A stretch of DNA of 64,000 nt from NCBI GenBank assembly GCA_002104905.1, contig MCFE01000035.1:124001-188000 (forward strand), read 5' to 3'. Positions within the stretch are counted from its first letter, which is position 1. Every line of letters starts with the position of its first letter. Below the pieces are notes generated by a model. It saw only the letters and a list, made by a program, of their open reading frames with translations, was not told the DNA's origin and ran no database searches. Position numbers and translations under genes: made by a program. The stretch comes from Basidiobolus meristosporus CBS 931.73 (Eukaryota > Fungi > Basidiobolomycota). Positions 61,248-64,000 of this stretch are shown here, one piece after another.

Positions 61248-64000
61248 ATGATCTCCACTTTCACAGTCAGCGGGATGACCTGTTCTGCCTGCGTAAACGC
61301 TATCGAGTCAGCTCTGAAAAAACGTGCTGGCGTCAAACCCGACTCAGTCTCTCTCTCCCTTCTTACTGGCAAGCTTGTGCTTGAACACGATGCAAGCCTC
61401 ATCACAACGGCTGACCTTTCCCAAAACATCGAAGATCTCGGGTATGATGTACTTGACTCGTCATACGAAGAGAACGAGGCAGCCAATGACGATACTGCCA
61501 TCTCGATGGACGGGGATGCCGAGAAGATGACGACCCATCAAAGCAATGACAAAATGGAAAATGCCATTAATACCAAAAAAGAGGTCAAGAAAGTCAGTAC
61601 CATTCGACTGATACTATCTGAGGATCCAGCTTTTACTACAGCCTCACGAAATGTTGATACCCTTAAAGAGCTACTCTTATCAAAGGACGGTATCACTTCG
61701 ATTTCGCTTTCTCTAAGGAACAATGGCAAGGCTACGGAAACAAAGGCTTCAAAGGTCTACAAATCCCTGTATATGAGCAAGTTCAACCGAACAGCAGGGA
61801 TGAACAAGCCGGAGTACTCGCTTACAATCCAGCACCAGGGGCATACTATTGGTATTCGCTCGCTAATTACCATCTGTAAAGAACAAGGCTATCTGGCCAA
61901 AGTTCTTACAAATAACTCCAACCAAAACGTAAATCTTCAGGCGAGGGCCCAGGGAGAAATCCGCAAAGCTCGTAAGAAATTCCTCTTCTCCCTGATATTC
62001 GCTATACCAGCATTTGTCATTTCTATGGTGATTGGAATGTTCCTTCCATCGGACAATGCCGCTTATCTCTTTTTCAAGCAAGACATTTTTGGATTGGAGG
62101 GCCTTGGATTAGGCGCCTTCATCATGTTTATACTCGCAACAATCGTACAATTCACTCTCGGAATCCCATTTGTACAGCATGGTTACAAGTCAATTGTCCG
62201 CGCGAAAACTGCCAACATGGATGTATTAGTTGCCCTTGGGACATGGGTTGCTTACATCGCATCCGTTGTGAACATTATCGTCAAAATCGTAACCCCTTCT
62301 GAGCACATGGATAGCCATATGGATACGCACAACATGGATTTCTTCGAAACGTCCATTTTTTTGATTACTTTCATCCTGCTCGGAAAGTACCTTGAAGCCT
62401 TCGCCAAAGAGAAAACCGTCGATGCCATGGTAAAGCTGACGAACCTTCAACCTGAAAGAGCTATTCTTGTGCATTTGATGGAGAACGGAGAAGTAGAGAA
62501 GGAAGAAGAGCTGCCTCTAGAGTTGATTCAAGTAGGCGATATTTTGAAGGTCAATGCTGGCGGACGCCTTCCATGCGACGGTGTGATTGTTCGCGGATCC
62601 ACTGCAATAGATGAGTCCATGCTAACAGGAGAGCCAGTCCCTGTGCCCAAAGATGTTGAGGATGAAGTGACTGGCGCCACCATCAACCAAAGCGCAACTA
62701 TCTTTATGAGAGCAACACGTGTTGCATCGGACACAACCCTTTCGCAGATTATAGACCTCGTACAGTCGGCACAAGCCACTAAATCCCCACTAGAAGCGCT
62801 GGGCGATCGTATATCCCACTTCTTTGTCCCAATCGTCGTATTTCTGGCCATCCTGGTGTTCGTCATTTGGATATTGCTAACTCATTTTGGCCGGATTCCG
62901 CAAGACTGGATCCCAATGAACCAGGGCAACGTGTTGTTTAGTTTATTCTTTGGATTGTCGGTCTTAGTGATTGCGTGTCCATGCGCGCTGGGCCTTGCTA
63001 GTCCAACTGCCGTCATGGTGGGAACTGGAGTAGCTGCCAAGTACGGTATCCTTATCAAGGGTGGTGGTGATACCATGGAACGTGCAAGTAAATTTGATGC
63101 AGTTGTTTTCGACAAAACTGGCACCTTGACATTGGGGAGACCAGAGGTGGCTTCCGTAAAAAGCTTAGGTTTCAACGACGCGGAAGCCAGCGATTGGATT
63201 CAAAAAGTAGCTCAACTCTTGGCCTGCTCCAGCGATCATCCATTGTCCAAGGCAATCTCGAAATACACGCAGGCCAATGGAAACCTTGATAAGGTTTCGA
63301 TTACCTTGGAGTCGGTGAAGGAAGTCCCCGGAAGAGGCCTCATGGCCGAAATCTCCACATCATATATTCCAAAGGCATTGGTGTCAGCTCTCGGCTTAGA
63401 TAGAAAGAATTCATCAGGAGCACTTCGGTTCTCGGTTGTTTACGGCAATGAAAATTGGATGACCCAGAACCAGTGCGAGTATCCAGCCACTATATACTCA
63501 CCGCTGATTCGCGCAGAGTTGGATAAACACCAATCTGAAGGTGGGACGCTTGTTATGCTCGGCTTCTCTCTATTGGGTTCGGCGAATGACCTGAAAGAAA
63601 AATCCCCTCTACAACAGAATGGCCACGTTTTGGGCTATTTTGTTCTGGCCGATATTATCCGCGAAGAAGCGAAGAGCACTATCGACGCCCTTAAGAAACA
63701 AGGCAAACAAGTGTGGATGATTACGGGTGATAACGAGCTGACCGCCAAATCTGTAGCTGGTAAATTGGGGATTGAGAACATTCTGGCGAATGTACTTCCG
63801 GAACATAAAAAAGCCAAAGTGCAATGGCTCCAACAGCAGCCTATCCAGAAGGTCAATCCCGACCCAAGCCCATTCAGAGCCCGCAGCCGATTCTTCCGAT
63901 GGAAGGTTAGTCCCATGCAGCAAGCTCCAACAAAACGGATGCTAGTTGCTATGGTTGGTGATGGTATAAACGACTCACCAGCCCTGGCTCAAGCAGACAT
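61248..64000 (+). CDS. CCC2: P1B-type copper-transporting ATPase (Ccc2/ATP7-like), 3'-truncated by the window end
   Basis: HMA GMTCSAC, TGEP, CPCALGLASP, DKTGT (63111, same frame as the ATG), SDHP, MITGD and GDGINDSPALA; no stop before the window end. Confidence 0.95.
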   Translation, partial: MISTFTVSGMTCSACVNAIESALKKRAGVKPDSVSLSLLTGKLVLEHDASLITTADLSQNIEDLGYDVLDSSYEENEAANDDTAISMDGDAEKMTTHQSNDKMENAINTKKEVKKVSTIRLILSEDPAFTTASRNVDTLKELLLSKDGITSISLSLRNNGKATETKASKVYKSLYMSKFNRTAGMNKPEYSLTIQHQGHTIGIRSLITICKEQGYLAKVLTNNSNQNVNLQARAQGEIRKARKKFLFSLIFAIPAFVISMVIGMFLPSDNAAYLFFKQDIFGLEGLGLGAFIMFILATIVQFTLGIPFVQHGYKSIVRAKTANMDVLVALGTWVAYIASVVNIIVKIVTPSEHMDSHMDTHNMDFFETSIFLITFILLGKYLEAFAKEKTVDAMVKLTNLQPERAILVHLMENGEVEKEEELPLELIQVGDILKVNAGGRLPCDGVIVRGSTAIDESMLTGEPVPVPKDVEDEVTGATINQSATIFMRATRVASDTTLSQIIDLVQSAQATKSPLEALGDRISHFFVPIVVFLAILVFVIWILLTHFGRIPQDWIPMNQGNVLFSLFFGLSVLVIACPCALGLASPTAVMVGTGVAAKYGILIKGGGDTMERASKFDAVVFDKTGTLTLGRPEVASVKSLGFNDAEASDWIQKVAQLLACSSDHPLSKAISKYTQANGNLDKVSITLESVKEVPGRGLMAEISTSYIPKALVSALGLDRKNSSGALRFSVVYGNENWMTQNQCEYPATIYSPLIRAELDKHQSEGGTLVMLGFSLLGSANDLKEKSPLQQNGHVLGYFVLADIIREEAKSTIDALKKQGKQVWMITGDNELTAKSVAGKLGIENILANVLPEHKKAKVQWLQQQPIQKVNPDPSPFRARSRFFRWKVSPMQQAPTKRMLVAMVGDGINDSPALAQAD

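Noticed and set aside
1-64000. tRNA, rRNA, CRISPR arrays and intact transposons
   Set aside because: No cloverleaf or T-loop context, no rRNA-like tract, no regular repeat-spacer array, and no RT (YxDD), integrase or DDE ORF with LTRs or TIRs was seen.

Overview
Eukaryotic, intron-rich fungal DNA with short GT-AG introns (mostly about 50-75 nt) and CTAAC-type branch points. The gene content (T-box factor, RPP40, macoilin-like protein, Dnt1/Net1-like protein) points to an early-diverging, non-Dikarya fungus; this is an inference. The supplied ORF track ignores splicing and uses TTG/GTG starts, so I rebuilt gene models by hand from splice signals and protein motifs. About 20 intact protein genes are present: Cps1/HAS-like GT2, Kin1/MARK kinase, PRCC, a small acidic protein, a patatin TAG lipase, a Rom-type RhoGEF, RPL33, NPL4, a stand-alone receiver protein, a T-box factor, SCS3/FIT, a Crb2/53BP1-like protein, EPT1/CPT1, KEX2, an orphan 7TM protein, MIF2/CENP-C, a Dnt1/Net1-like protein, a macoilin-like TM-FN3-coiled-coil protein and a Cu-ATPase truncated by the window end. 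Several AT-rich deserts separate them and contain decayed genes rather than recognisable transposons. These include a clear RPP40 pseudogene missed by the ORF track, a probable kinase relic and a diverged inverted duplicate. I found no rRNA, tRNA, CRISPR array or intact mobile element. The most interesting signals are animal-like proteins (T-box, macoilin-like, TP53INP/DOR-like, parathymosin-like) and the pseudogene landscape. All family assignments come from motifs I recalled, not from database searches.
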